From NCBI GenBank assembly GCA_965116475.1, contig OZ220691.1, positions 800,001 to 864,000 on the forward strand: DNA of 64,000 nt. The letters run 5' to 3'. A model generated the notes under the pieces. That model saw only the letters and a list, made by a program, of their open reading frames with translations, searched no databases and had not been told where the DNA came from. The DNA comes from Gemmatimonadota bacterium. Its GTDB lineage: Bacteria; Gemmatimonadota; Gemmatimonadetes; Palauibacterales; Palauibacteraceae. How positions within the stretch are numbered: position 1 is the stretch's first letter; every line of letters begins with the position of its first letter. This document shows positions 1-9,207 of the stretch, piece by piece. The position numbers and the translations under genes are program-made.

Positions 1-370
1 CGCTCCCGCCTTCGAGCCCGAGCATCGCATCGCCCTGCACCGTCTCCCCGTCCCGTACCGGGAGGTCGAACAGCCGGTCCGCCAGGTCGCGTGAGAAATC
101 CTCGAACGCCTCGCTGCGCGCGACGAAGTCGGTTTCGCTCAGCACCTCGACCATCGAGGCGGATCCGTCGCGCATCGCCACGCGGATCGTCCCCTCCGAC
201 ACCGTGCGCGCCTCGCGCTTCGCCGCCTTCGCCGCGCCCGCCTTCCTCAGCAGGTCGATGGCCCGCTCCGTATCTCCGTCCGACTCGATGAGCGCGCGCT
301 TGCAGTCCATCATCCCGGCGCCTGTCCGGTCGCGGAGAGCCTTCACCGCCCCGGCCGTGATCTGCGTCAT
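1..370 (-). CDS. tsf: Elongation factor Ts (N-terminal part; runs off window start)
   Basis: Manual translation of minus strand from ATG 370: MTQITAGAVKALRDRTGAGMMDCKRAL...VLSETDFVA; AAGGAGA SD at 381-387; downstream of rpsB. Confidence 0.95.
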   Translation of the reverse strand, partial: MTQITAGAVKALRDRTGAGMMDCKRALIESDGDTERAIDLLRKAGAAKAAKREARTVSEGTIRVAMRDGSASMVEVLSETDFVARSEAFEDFSRDLADRLFDLPVRDGETVQGDAMLGLEGGS

Positions 371-390
371 GGTCACCATGTCTCCTTCCC

Positions 391-416
391 AAAAAAAAGG
401 GCCACCGAAGTGGCCC
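391..416 (-). terminator. Intrinsic terminator/attenuator between rpsB and tsf
   Basis: GGGCCAC-TTCG-GTGGCCC followed by T8 on minus strand. Confidence 0.85.
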
Positions 417-423
417 CTTGTGG

Positions 424-1488
424 TCACTTCTCTTTCGACTCCACCTCTCCGACGACTGCCGCTTCGGCATCCTCCGATCCGGCATCCGCCGCGGGCTCCG
501 GGTTGTCGGCCGCCTCGGCCTTCGCCTCGGGCTCCGGGCTGTCGGCCGCTTCGGCCTTCGCCTCGGGCTCCGGGCTGTCGGCCGCGCTGTCGGCCGCTTC
601 GGCCTTCGCCTCGCTCTCGGCCGGCTCGGCGGCGCCGTCGGCGCTCTCTATCACGGCCGGATGGTGCAGTCGCTGCGCGATGACCTCGGGACGCGGCTTT
701 CGCCTCGGCCTTCGGCGGCGCGAACCGCCGCCGGCGTCGGCGACCCCGCCGGCGTCGCTCGAATACGTGTACGCCTGCGACTCGGCCTCTTCGCGTCCCG
801 CCTCCGGAATCTCGCGCCGCGACGCCTCCACGACATCCGCGATCGAGCGCGTGATGAGGGAAACGGAGCGAATCGCGTCATCGTTGCCCGCGATGGCGAT
901 CGTGAGGAGGTCCGGGTCCGCATTCGTGTCCGCGATCGCGACGACCGGGATGCCGAGGCGGTTCGCCTCGCGCACCGCGATATCCTCGCGGGTGGAATCC
1001 ACCACGAACACGAGCCCCGGCAGCCGCGTCATCTCCTTGATGCCGGACAGGTAGCGGTCGAGCTTCTGGCGCTCCCGCTCGAGGAGCAGCCGCTCCTTCT
1101 TCGTGTAGTACTCGAACGCCCCTTCCTCGACGCCCCGCTCGAGTTCCTTCAGGCGGGCGATGTTCTTCTTGATCGTCTGGAAGTTGGTGAGCATCCCGCC
1201 GAGCCAGCGTTCCGTGACGTAGAAGGAACCGCACCGCTCGGCCTCGCCGCGCACGACGCGGGCGAGTTGGGACTTGGTGCACACGAAGAGCACGGATTTG
1301 CCCTCGACGATCGTCTGGCGCACGAGTTCGTGGGCCCGTTCGAGCTCCCGCTGCGTCTTCTTGAGATCGATGAGGTAGATCCCGCCGCACTCGGCGAAGA
1401 TGTATTTCCGCATCTTCGGGTTCCAGCGATGTGTCTGGTGCCCGAAGTGTACGCCCGCCTTCAAGAGGTCCTGCAGCTCGACGCCCAT
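424..1488 (-). CDS. rpsB: 30S ribosomal protein S2 with long acidic C-terminal extension
   Basis: LLKAGVHFGHQTHRWNPKM, ERWLGGMLTNF, DTNADPD, GNDDAIRS motifs. Confidence 0.98.
   Translation of the reverse strand: MGVELQDLLKAGVHFGHQTHRWNPKMRKYIFAECGGIYLIDLKKTQRELERAHELVRQTIVEGKSVLFVCTKSQLARVVRGEAERCGSFYVTERWLGGMLTNFQTIKKNIARLKELERGVEEGAFEYYTKKERLLLERERQKLDRYLSGIKEMTRLPGLVFVVDSTREDIAVREANRLGIPVVAIADTNADPDLLTIAIAGNDDAIRSVSLITRSIADVVEASRREIPEAGREEAESQAYTYSSDAGGVADAGGGSRRRRPRRKPRPEVIAQRLHHPAVIESADGAAEPAESEAKAEAADSAADSPEPEAKAEAADSPEPEAKAEAADNPEPAADAGSEDAEAAVVGEVESKEK
490..625 (-). repeat. Imperfect 36-nt coding tandem repeat (PEPEAKAEAADS) in S2 tail
   Basis: gccttcgcctcgggctccgggctgtcggccgc repeated in DNA; EAKAEAAD occurs three times in protein. 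Confidence 0.85.
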
Positions 1489-1511
1489 GCGCTCGGCTTT
1501 CCGCCTTCCCG

Positions 1512-1907
1512 CTATCGTTTGGAGAACTGGAAGCGCTTGCGCGCCTTGGGACGACCCGGCTTCTTCCGCTCGACGATGCGGGGATCGCGGGTCAGCATGC
1601 CGTGAGACCGCAAGGTCCGCCGGCGGTCTTCATCCATTGCGAGGAGGGCGCGCGCGATGCCCAGGCGCGTGGCCTCCGCCTGCCCGGTGACTCCCCCACC
1701 GCGCACCCGGACGGCGATGTCGTACGATGTCCGCGTCCCGGTGACGTCGAGGGGCGCCGCGACGAGCGAACGGTGCCGCGGGATCGTGAAATACTCTTCG
1801 AACGCCCGACCATTCACGTTCACGACGCCCACACCACGTTTCATCGTGATGCGGGACACCGACCTCTTCCGGCGTCCGACCGACTGGACCTGTTCCGTTT
1901 CCGCCAA
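1512..1907 (-). CDS. rpsI: 30S ribosomal protein S9
   Basis: GRRKRSVSR, GGGVTGQAEA, LTRDPRIVERKKPGRPKARKRFQFSKR; TTG start. Confidence 0.98.
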   Translation of the reverse strand: MAETEQVQSVGRRKRSVSRITMKRGVGVVNVNGRAFEEYFTIPRHRSLVAAPLDVTGTRTSYDIAVRVRGGGVTGQAEATRLGIARALLAMDEDRRRTLRSHGMLTRDPRIVERKKPGRPKARKRFQFSKR

Positions 1908-1953
1908 CTCTCGTCTCCCTGGCAGCCCTGTGCGCGCTGCCGCTATTCCGCCG

Positions 1954-2391
1954 CTATGCCGAGATCGTGTCGAAGGGGCGGGGGTGCTGAGGCGCGTGCG
2001 GATGCTCCGGCCCCGCGTACACTCTCAGCTTTCCGAGCATCTGCCGGCCGAGCGTGTTCTTCGGCAGCATGCCCTTCACGGCCAGCTTGATCACCCGGTC
2101 GGGGTGCCGGTCGAGCAGGCGTCGGAAGGGGATGAAGCGCTCTCCGCCCATGTAGCCCGAATGTCGGAAGTATTCCTTCTGATCCGCCTTGTTCCCGGTC
2201 AGCCGCACGCGCTCCGCGTTCACGACGACCACGTAGTCGCCGGTGTCGAGGTGCGTGCTGTAGATCGGCTTGTGCTTGCCGCGAAGGACGGTCGCGATCC
2301 TCGTCGCGAGACGGCCGAGAACCTGATCCGCGGCGTCGACCACGTACCAGTCCCGTTCGATCTCCCCCGCCTTCACCGAGTACGTCTTCAT
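1954..2391 (-). CDS. rplM: 50S ribosomal protein L13
   Basis: MKTYSVK...[36 protein letters not shown]; start set at ATG 2391. Confidence 0.98.
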   Translation of the reverse strand: MKTYSVKAGEIERDWYVVDAADQVLGRLATRIATVLRGKHKPIYSTHLDTGDYVVVVNAERVRLTGNKADQKEYFRHSGYMGGERFIPFRRLLDRHPDRVIKLAVKGMLPKNTLGRQMLGKLRVYAGPEHPHAPQHPRPFDTISA

Positions 2392-2428
2392 CCGTTCTGC
2401 CCACCTGGAAAAACGTTCCGCCCACCTC

Positions 2429-2451
2429 AAAAAAACCGCCCGGCGGGACGG
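2429..2451 (-). terminator. Terminator-like hairpin upstream of rplM
   Basis: CCGTCC-CGCC-GGGCGG followed by T7 on minus strand. Confidence 0.6.
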
Positions 2452-2481
2452 ATGCCGAGCGCGTGAAAATGATAGCCCGTG

Positions 2482-2510
2482 AAGCTATTCAGCGCCTCGC
2501 ATGAAGTCAA
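2482..2510 (-). promoter_or_regulatory. Sigma70-type promoter for rplM operon
   Basis: TTGACT-17 nt-TAGCTT, overlapping the 3' end of the sigma gene. Confidence 0.65.
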
Positions 2511-3279
2511 TCGCGAGTGAACGTGCGTTGTCCCGGGCGGGACGGGAGGGCGGCGCGCCCCGGCGAGGGATGCTCCCGGCGCCGGGCGCCCCGTCGTTGA
2601 CGAAGCGAACGAGTCCGGACCGTTCGGCGCCCGCGCGCAGCCGCGAAAGGCCGCGCTCCTTGAGTTGGCGCGTCCGCTCACGGGACAGGTCGAGGGCCGC
2701 CGAGATCTCGGCGGGCGTCTGCGGTCTCTCGTAGCCCAGGCCGAAATAGCGGCGCACGACCTCCGACTCGAGCGGCGGCAGGTCGGTCAGACTCGCCTCG
2801 ATCGCGTTCCGCAGCCGCTCGCGAATCAGCTCGGCGCCGGGCTCGGGCGCCTGCTCGTCGGGCAGGAGTTCCTCGAAGGTACAGGAGCGCCCCGGGGCCA
2901 TCTCGTCGAGCGAGAAGCGGTGCGCGGCGGGGCCGCCGGGACGCGGATGATCGACCTGGTCGGCGATGGCCTGCGTCATGGCCCGCCGCACCCAGTAGTG
3001 CGCGTAGCTGATGAAGCGGACGCCGCGCTCCGGATCGAAGCGGTCCGCGGCGCGCACGAGCCCCAGATTCCCCTCGTTCACGAGGTCGGCCAGCGGGACG
3101 CCGCGGCCGCGGTACCCGCGCGCGACGGATACGACGAAGCGGAGATTCGCGCTGACGAGCCGCACGCGCGCCGCCTCGTCGCCGGCCCGGCTCCGCCGCG
3201 CCAGTTCCGCTTCGGCTTCCGCGTCGAGCAGGCGCTCGCGACGGATGTCCGCCAGGTAGCGTTCGAATACGCGGACCAT
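2485..3279 (-). CDS. Sigma-70 family RNA polymerase sigma factor (short RpoD/RpoS-like)
   Basis: YLADIRRERLL (region 1.2), LVSANLRFVVSVA, DLVNEGNLGLVRAADRFDPERGVRFISYA.YWVR (region 2), LSRERTRQLKERGL (region 4). Confidence 0.92.
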   Translation of the reverse strand: MVRVFERYLADIRRERLLDAEAEAELARRSRAGDEAARVRLVSANLRFVVSVARGYRGRGVPLADLVNEGNLGLVRAADRFDPERGVRFISYAHYWVRRAMTQAIADQVDHPRPGGPAAHRFSLDEMAPGRSCTFEELLPDEQAPEPGAELIRERLRNAIEASLTDLPPLESEVVRRYFGLGYERPQTPAEISAALDLSRERTRQLKERGLSRLRAGAERSGLVRFVNDGAPGAGSIPRRGAPPSRPARDNARSLAIDFMRGAE

Positions 3280-3291
3280 TGCGGGGCGCCC

Positions 3292-4119
3292 TCAGTCGAC
3301 GCCGCGCAGAATCCGGCCCCAGCGGATCTCGGTGAGCCAGGACCAGGGGCCTCTCGGCTCGCGAGCGTACGAATAGTACACCAGGAAGGGCCTTCCCCGG
3401 ATCGCATCGCGGGGAACGAAGCCCCAGTAGCGGGAATCCTCGGAATTCGACCGGTTGTCGCCCATGACGAAGTAGCTGTCGTCCGGCACGACGAGCGGCC
3501 CCCAGTTGTTCCGCGTCGTGATCGCGCCGGAGCGGCGCGCGCCATCGGTCAGGAAGCGGCGCTGCCACGCGAACTTCGGGCTCGGGGCGTCCGGGAAGTT
3601 CGACGCGGCCTTCACGTACGGTTCCTCGAACGGAACTCCGTTCAGGAAGAGCGTCGCCCGCCGCATGCGCAGCGTGTCTCCCGGCATCCCGACGATTCGC
3701 TTCACGTAGTTCGTGCGCGGCGGCTGTGCCGCGGACGCCGGTGGCTCGAACACGATGACGTCGCCGCGCGAAGGCTCGCCGAACGCGGGAAGCTCCAGGT
3801 CGGTACCGGGAATCTCGGCTCCGTACACCATCTTGTTGACGAGGAGAAAATCGCCGATAAGGAGCGTGTTCTCCATCGAGGCGGTCGGGATCTGGAAGGC
3901 CTCCACGACGAAGGTCCGGATGAAGAGAAACAGGACGAGGGCGACGAAAATGGATTTCGTCCATTCCCACATCCACCGGCCGACTGACGCGTCGCGACCC
4001 CGGCGCGCCCGGACCGTGGGAGCGCGAAACCTGCGGACGGTCTTCTCAGTCGGTTGTTTCTCCATCCCACCCATTCCCTGCACTCCCTGTTCCACGAGCC
4101 GGCGATTGGCCTTCACCAC
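3292..4119 (-). CDS. lepB: Signal peptidase I (start uncertain, may be downstream)
   Basis: AFQIPTASMENTLLIGD, YVKRIVGMPGD, GDNRSNSEDSRYWG. Confidence 0.96.
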   Translation of the reverse strand: MVKANRRLVEQGVQGMGGMEKQPTEKTVRRFRAPTVRARRGRDASVGRWMWEWTKSIFVALVLFLFIRTFVVEAFQIPTASMENTLLIGDFLLVNKMVYGAEIPGTDLELPAFGEPSRGDVIVFEPPASAAQPPRTNYVKRIVGMPGDTLRMRRATLFLNGVPFEEPYVKAASNFPDAPSPKFAWQRRFLTDGARRSGAITTRNNWGPLVVPDDSYFVMGDNRSNSEDSRYWGFVPRDAIRGRPFLVYYSYAREPRGPWSWLTEIRWGRILRGVD

Positions 4120-4164
4120 ACCAAGATGTACGGTGGAACCTCAACGGGGTCTCACCGTCCGGCC

Positions 4165-5655
4165 TCACCAGTCGACATCGATCTGCGCGCGCTGCAGCGT
4201 GCCGCTGTAATCGACGTACGCCACCTTCGTTTCCGTGTAGAACTCGTAGACTTCCCAGCCCCCTTCACGGTGCCCGTTGCCCGTGTTTTTGACACCGCCG
4301 AAGGGGAGGTGCGCCTCCGCGCCGATGGTGGGCGCGTTCACGTACGTGATGCCGTTGTCGAGTTCTTCCACGGCGCGGAACGATGCGGTCACATCCTGCG
4401 TGTAGATCGACGACGAGAGTCCGTACGGAACTTCGTTGTTGATATCGAAGGCCTCCTCGATCGTGTCGAAGCGGATCACGGAGAGCACGGGCCCGAAAAT
4501 CTCCTCGCGCGCGGCCCGGTGTTTCCGGTCGACGCCCGCGAGCACCGTCGGCTCGAAGAACCAGCCATCGCCGAGGCCGCTCTCGGCCGGCCGGCCGCCC
4601 CCCGTCGCGACCGTCGCCCCCTCCTCGCGGGCGATCGCGATGTAGCGCTCGCACTTCTCGCGGGCGGCCTCGTGGATGAGCGGACCCACGTCGACGCCGG
4701 CCTCCTGCCCGTCGCCGAGGCGGAGGGAGCGCGCTTCGTAGCACAGCCTCTCCACGAATTCGTCGTGGACCTTGCGCTGTACGAGGAGTCGGCTGGTCGC
4801 GGTGCAGCGCTGTCCCGTCGTGCCGAAGGCGCCCCACAGCACGCCCTCGAGGGCGAGGTCGAGGTCCGCGTCGGCCATGACGATCTGCGCGTTCTTGCCG
4901 CCCATCTCGAGGGAGAGGCGCTTGTGCATGCGCCCCGCGACCTCGCCGATGCGGCTGCCCGTCTCCGTGGATCCGGTGAAGGAGAGGCCGGGGACGCCGG
5001 GGTGTTCGACGATGGCGCGCCCGATCGTCTCGCCGCGGCCGTGCAGCAGCTGCACGCACTCGGGCGGCAGGCCGGCCTCGAGCAGGATTTCCACGAACCG
5101 GTGCGCGCTGTGCGGCACATCCTCCGAGGGCTTGTAGATGATGCTGTTCCCGCACAGCAGCGCGGGGAAGATCTTCCAGCTCGGGACCGCGACCGGGAAG
5201 TTGAAGGGGGTGATGATCCCGAACACGCCGATCGGACGCCGGAACGACATCGCCCACTTGCTCCGCAGCTCCGAAGGCGCCGTGCGTCCGAAGAGCCGCC
5301 GGCCCTCCACCGCCGCGTAGTAGGCCGTGTCGATGGCCTCCTGGACGTCGCCGCGCGTTTCGTCGAGCACCTTCCCCATTTCGCGCGTGGCCGTGCGCGC
5401 GAGGTCCTCCTTGTGCCGCGTGAGGAGGTCCCCCGCGTTCTTCAGCACGAGGCCCCGCTCGGGGGCCGGCGTCCTGGACCAGCGCTCGAAGCCGCGCTGC
5501 GCGGAGGCCACGGCCGCGTCCAGTTCGGACGGGCCGGTGTCCGGGAAAAGGCCGATGAGGTCCGACGTGCGCGCCGGGTTCCGGTTCTCGATGTATTCGC
5601 CGGTGGCGGGCACAGTCCACTCGCCCGCGATGTAATTCAGGAACTTCTCAGCCAT
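4165..5655 (-). CDS. NAD(P)-dependent aldehyde dehydrogenase
   Basis: IITPFNFP, FTGSTETG, LEMGGKN, GQRCTA, EEIFGP, PFGGVK. Confidence 0.96.
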   Translation of the reverse strand: MAEKFLNYIAGEWTVPATGEYIENRNPARTSDLIGLFPDTGPSELDAAVASAQRGFERWSRTPAPERGLVLKNAGDLLTRHKEDLARTATREMGKVLDETRGDVQEAIDTAYYAAVEGRRLFGRTAPSELRSKWAMSFRRPIGVFGIITPFNFPVAVPSWKIFPALLCGNSIIYKPSEDVPHSAHRFVEILLEAGLPPECVQLLHGRGETIGRAIVEHPGVPGLSFTGSTETGSRIGEVAGRMHKRLSLEMGGKNAQIVMADADLDLALEGVLWGAFGTTGQRCTATSRLLVQRKVHDEFVERLCYEARSLRLGDGQEAGVDVGPLIHEAAREKCERYIAIAREEGATVATGGGRPAESGLGDGWFFEPTVLAGVDRKHRAAREEIFGPVLSVIRFDTIEEAFDINNEVPYGLSSSIYTQDVTASFRAVEELDNGITYVNAPTIGAEAHLPFGGVKNTGNGHREGGWEVYEFYTETKVAYVDYSGTLQRAQIDVDW

Positions 5656-5679
5656 GGCCGGAGAAACTCCGCTCTGGAG

Positions 5680-6327
5680 TTAGCGATTCATGAGGAGGAC
5701 GATCTCCTCGTCTTCCACCCGGACGTCGACGACGGTCCCGGGGATGTCGAAGAGCACGGTTCGCCCGTCCGCACGCAACCCCAGTTGCTGCGCGGCCAGC
5801 CCCATCATCAGCGGGGGCACCGGGAGGATGCCGGCCTGGAGACTCACGACGTGGAGGCCTCCCTCGCCGCCCTCCGTCACCTGCGGGAGCACCTCTCCGG
5901 CGACCCGGGCGGAATCCCCGAGCGTGCGCGCCAGGTTCGCCGCCATGTCCGCTTCGATCGGGAGTTGCGTGAAGTTGAGCATGACGGAGAAGGCCACGGT
6001 CGAGTCGCGCAGTTCGACGGCGGGCTCTCCGACGCCGGCCGGCAGCCGGGGCATCAACTCGTAGCGAACGTAGCTCTGGAGGTCCGCCTCGCTGAATCGC
6101 GTCTCGGCCGCCCCGCCACCGGCCGCCAACTCCTGCAGCGCCGTTTCCACCTGCGCCGCCGCCTCGGGACCGAATTCGGGCGTGGACTCCGAGATGACGA
6201 TTTCATCGGCGCCCGCGTTCGAGAGCCACGCTTCGATGTCTCCCCGGAAGATCCAGCCGGCGATCAGCAGAATCAGCAGGAAGATGAGAAAGCCCAGACC
6301 TTTGAAGAGCTTCCGGAAGATACCCAT
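5680..6327 (-). CDS. Hypothetical membrane-anchored protein
   Basis: 215-aa ORF with N-terminal hydrophobic helix; co-oriented with neighbours. Confidence 0.8.
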   Translation of the reverse strand: MGIFRKLFKGLGFLIFLLILLIAGWIFRGDIEAWLSNAGADEIVISESTPEFGPEAAAQVETALQELAAGGGAAETRFSEADLQSYVRYELMPRLPAGVGEPAVELRDSTVAFSVMLNFTQLPIEADMAANLARTLGDSARVAGEVLPQVTEGGEGGLHVVSLQAGILPVPPLMMGLAAQQLGLRADGRTVLFDIPGTVVDVRVEDEEIVLLMNR

Positions 6328-6366
6328 GTCGACCGCCTCCGACCGGAATCGGGGAAAGAGAAAAAA

Positions 6367-6981
6367 CTAGTGCCGTGCGCGGCGGGCGTCATCGTCGCCG
6401 CCCGCCAACGGGCAGACGGCGACCTCCGTGTGCCGCGCGCCGCGGGGGAGAAGTTCGCTCCGCATCAGTGACACGCACCGAACGTCCACCGTGGCCTCGA
6501 AGCGGACACGCGCGACGGCCCCCGCCAAACCTACGGGGGGCGGGGGACGACGGATTCGTCCCACCGTCACGTGCGGGCGGAAGGGGCGCGGGTCGGGGGC
6601 CACGCCGGCGCGGACCACGGCCGCCTCCACGGAGCGCTGCAGCGCGGCGAGCGCGGGCGTCTCCTCGACGCCGACCCAGAGGACGCGCGCGCGCCGCTGG
6701 GAGGGAAACACGCCGGCGGCGCGCAGCCGCATCGGGAAGCCCGGCAGCTTCCCGGCCGCGGCGGCGATCTCGCGTGCGAGCGGAGTTTCGAGGCCGCGAT
6801 CGACCTCGCCGATGAAGCGCAGCGTGAGGTGGAGTTGCTCGGCGCGCACCGGGCGCACGCCCTCCAGCGCCCGCAGGGCCCCGGTGGCGCGCGTGAGATC
6901 CGCGCGGACCGCGGCGGGGAGGAGGACGGCCGCGAAGAGTCTCGACCGGACGTCGGGGGGGACATATCCTGCGCCTGCCAT
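6367..6981 (-). CDS. thpR: RNA 2',3'-cyclic phosphodiesterase (2H phosphoesterase)
   Basis: RLFAAV, two HxT motifs (LHLTLRFIG, FRPHVTVGR); start uncertain (ATG 6981 to 6999). Confidence 0.93.
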   Translation of the reverse strand: MAGAGYVPPDVRSRLFAAVLLPAAVRADLTRATGALRALEGVRPVRAEQLHLTLRFIGEVDRGLETPLAREIAAAAGKLPGFPMRLRAAGVFPSQRRARVLWVGVEETPALAALQRSVEAAVVRAGVAPDPRPFRPHVTVGRIRRPPPPVGLAGAVARVRFEATVDVRCVSLMRSELLPRGARHTEVAVCPLAGGDDDARRARH

Positions 6982-7618
6982 GATCCTCCTCATCGACAAC
7001 TACGATTCGTTCGCCTTCAACCTCGCGCGCTACCTGGAGGAACTTGGGGAGACCGTGCGGGTGCGGCGCAACGATGCCGTCGATCCCGGGACCCTGGGGG
7101 ACGAAGGCCCGTCTCACATCGTGATCTCGCCCGGTCCCTGCACGCCCGCCGAAGCCGGCGCCTCCGTCGAGGTGATCCGGACCGTGGGCGCGGAGATCCC
7201 GATTCTGGGCGTCTGTCTCGGACACCAGTGTATCGCCGCGGCGACCGGGGGACGCGTCCTCCGGGCCGCCCGCCCGATGCACGGGCGCCTGTCCGCGATC
7301 CGGCACGAGGGGCGCGGGCTCTTCGCGGGCCTCCCCTCACCGCTCGAGGTCACCCGCTACCACTCGCTCGTCGTGGATCCCGGCGAACCGGGGGACGGCC
7401 TTCGGGTCACCGCCCGCACGGAGGAGGGCGAAGTCATGGCCCTCGAACACGTGTCGCGGCCCCTGTGGGGCGTGCAGTTCCATCCGGAGGCCGTGCTCAC
7501 GGCGGGAGGACGCCGCCTGCTCCGGAATTTCCTCGCGCTCGGAAGGGGGGACGTCCCCGCCCCCGAGCCCGTTGCAGCCGGCCGCTGCCCCGAACTCCCG
7601 GCCGGCTCGCTGCCCTGA
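6980..7618 (+). CDS. Anthranilate/aminodeoxychorismate synthase component II (glutamine amidotransferase, TrpG/PabA)
   Basis: MILLIDNYDSF, ISPGPCTP, GVCLGHQ, RYHSL, GVQFHPE; start set at ATG 6980. Confidence 0.96.
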   Translation: MILLIDNYDSFAFNLARYLEELGETVRVRRNDAVDPGTLGDEGPSHIVISPGPCTPAEAGASVEVIRTVGAEIPILGVCLGHQCIAAATGGRVLRAARPMHGRLSAIRHEGRGLFAGLPSPLEVTRYHSLVVDPGEPGDGLRVTARTEEGEVMALEHVSRPLWGVQFHPEAVLTAGGRRLLRNFLALGRGDVPAPEPVAAGRCPELPAGSLP

Positions 7619-7671
7619 TCGAGGCCCCGGGCGACCCTGCTCTGCCCGGGGACCCGTGCTGGGGACCCGTG

Positions 7672-9207
7672 CTAGTGCGGTCCGCGGAAACGAATCGCTT
7701 CGGCGACGTGGTCCTCGGATACGCGGCTCTCTCTCTCGAGGTCCGCGATCGTCCGGGCGACGCGAAGCGCGCGGTGGTAGCCACGGGCCGTGAGGCCGAG
7801 ATGCGTGACGGCCTTCCTCATGAGCGAGCGGCCGCCGCGGTCGATCCGGCACGCCTCCTCGAGACGGACGGGAGGAATCCGCGCGTTCGTCGTGTCGTGG
7901 CGGCGGGCGGCGCGGGCGCGGGCCTGCGACACCCGGGCCCGCACGGCGGCGCTCGTCTCGCCGGGCGCCCCATCCGCGAGTTGCTCCCAGCGTACGGCGG
8001 GCACGTCGACCAGCATGTCGATCCGGTCGAGGAGGGGTCCGCTGACCCGGCGGCGGTAGCGCTGCACGGCTTCCTCCAGGCAGCGGCAGCGGCCCGGCAC
8101 GCCCAGGAAGCCGCACGGACAGGGGTTCATCGCGGCCACGAGCGTGAACTCGGCGGGGAAGCAGGCCGACCCGGCCGCGCGGACGATCCGCACCTGCCCC
8201 TCCTCGATCGGCTGGCGGAGCGCCTCCAGCGTGCGGCGCCCGAACTCGGGGAGTTCATCGAGGAAGAGCACGCCGTGATGCGCGAGCGATGCCTCGCCCG
8301 GCCGCGGCCGCGTCCCGCCTCCGATGAGCCCGGCCTCGCTGATGGAATGGTGCGGCGCCCGGAAGGGTCGGGTGCGCTTGAGGCCCGAGCCATCGGCCAC
8401 GAGGCCGGCGACGCTGTGGATCGCCGTCACGTCCACCGCCTCCTTGACGGCGAGGCTGGGGAGGAGGCCGGGGAGGCAGCGCGCGAGACTCGTCTTTCCG
8501 GCGCCCGGGCAGCCGGAAAGGAGGAGGTTGTGCCCCCCGGCGGCGGCGATCTCCAGCGCCCGCTTGGCGACCGGCTGCCCCTTCACGGCGGACAGGTCGA
8601 ACCCGCCGTCGTCCGGGCCGCGGCCGCCCGTCGCCCGAGCGGAGGAGGAGAGCAGCGCCGCGGGCCCGCGCAGCCGCGCCTTGCCTCTCAGCGCGGCGAG
8701 GAGGTGGGTCAGCGACTCCGAGCCGCCCACGGCGATCCCTTCCGCCGCCGACGCTTCGCGGAGGTTCGCGGACGGCAGAAGGAGGCGAGCGACGTGCGGG
8801 TTCGCGGCCGCAAAGAGGGCGATCGGGAGGGCGCCCCGGACGGAACGCAGGGAGCCGTCGAGCCCGAGTTCGCCCACCGCCAGCGTCCCCTCGAGCGCGT
8901 CCTGGGGGAGGTCTCCCTTCGCGCACAGGATGCCGAGCATGATCGGCAGGTCCAGCGCGGCCCCGGTCTTGGGAAGGTCCGCCGGCGCCAGGTTCACGGT
9001 GATGCGCAGCCCGGGAACGTGAAGGCCCAGTTGCGCCGCGGCGGCCCGGATTCGCTCGCGGCCCTCGCGCACGGCGCTCTGCGCGAGACCGACGATCTGC
9101 ATCAGCGGCGTCCCGTTGATCAGCGACACCTCGACACTCACCGGCCGCACGTCGAGCCCCATCACCGCCGCCGACATCACCGAGGCCGACCCCATCCACT
9201 TCGCCAT
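7672..9207 (-). CDS. comM: YifB/ComM Mg-chelatase-like AAA+ ATPase
   Basis: ITVNLAPADLPK, GHNLLLSGCPGAGKT, PFRAPHHS, PGEASLAHHGVLFLDE, AAMNPCPCG. Confidence 0.93.
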   Translation of the reverse strand: MAKWMGSASVMSAAVMGLDVRPVSVEVSLINGTPLMQIVGLAQSAVREGRERIRAAAAQLGLHVPGLRITVNLAPADLPKTGAALDLPIMLGILCAKGDLPQDALEGTLAVGELGLDGSLRSVRGALPIALFAAANPHVARLLLPSANLREASAAEGIAVGGSESLTHLLAALRGKARLRGPAALLSSSARATGGRGPDDGGFDLSAVKGQPVAKRALEIAAAGGHNLLLSGCPGAGKTSLARCLPGLLPSLAVKEAVDVTAIHSVAGLVADGSGLKRTRPFRAPHHSISEAGLIGGGTRPRPGEASLAHHGVLFLDELPEFGRRTLEALRQPIEEGQVRIVRAAGSACFPAEFTLVAAMNPCPCGFLGVPGRCRCLEEAVQRYRRRVSGPLLDRIDMLVDVPAVRWEQLADGAPGETSAAVRARVSQARARAARRHDTTNARIPPVRLEEACRIDRGGRSLMRKAVTHLGLTARGYHRALRVARTIADLERESRVSEDHVAEAIRFRGPH

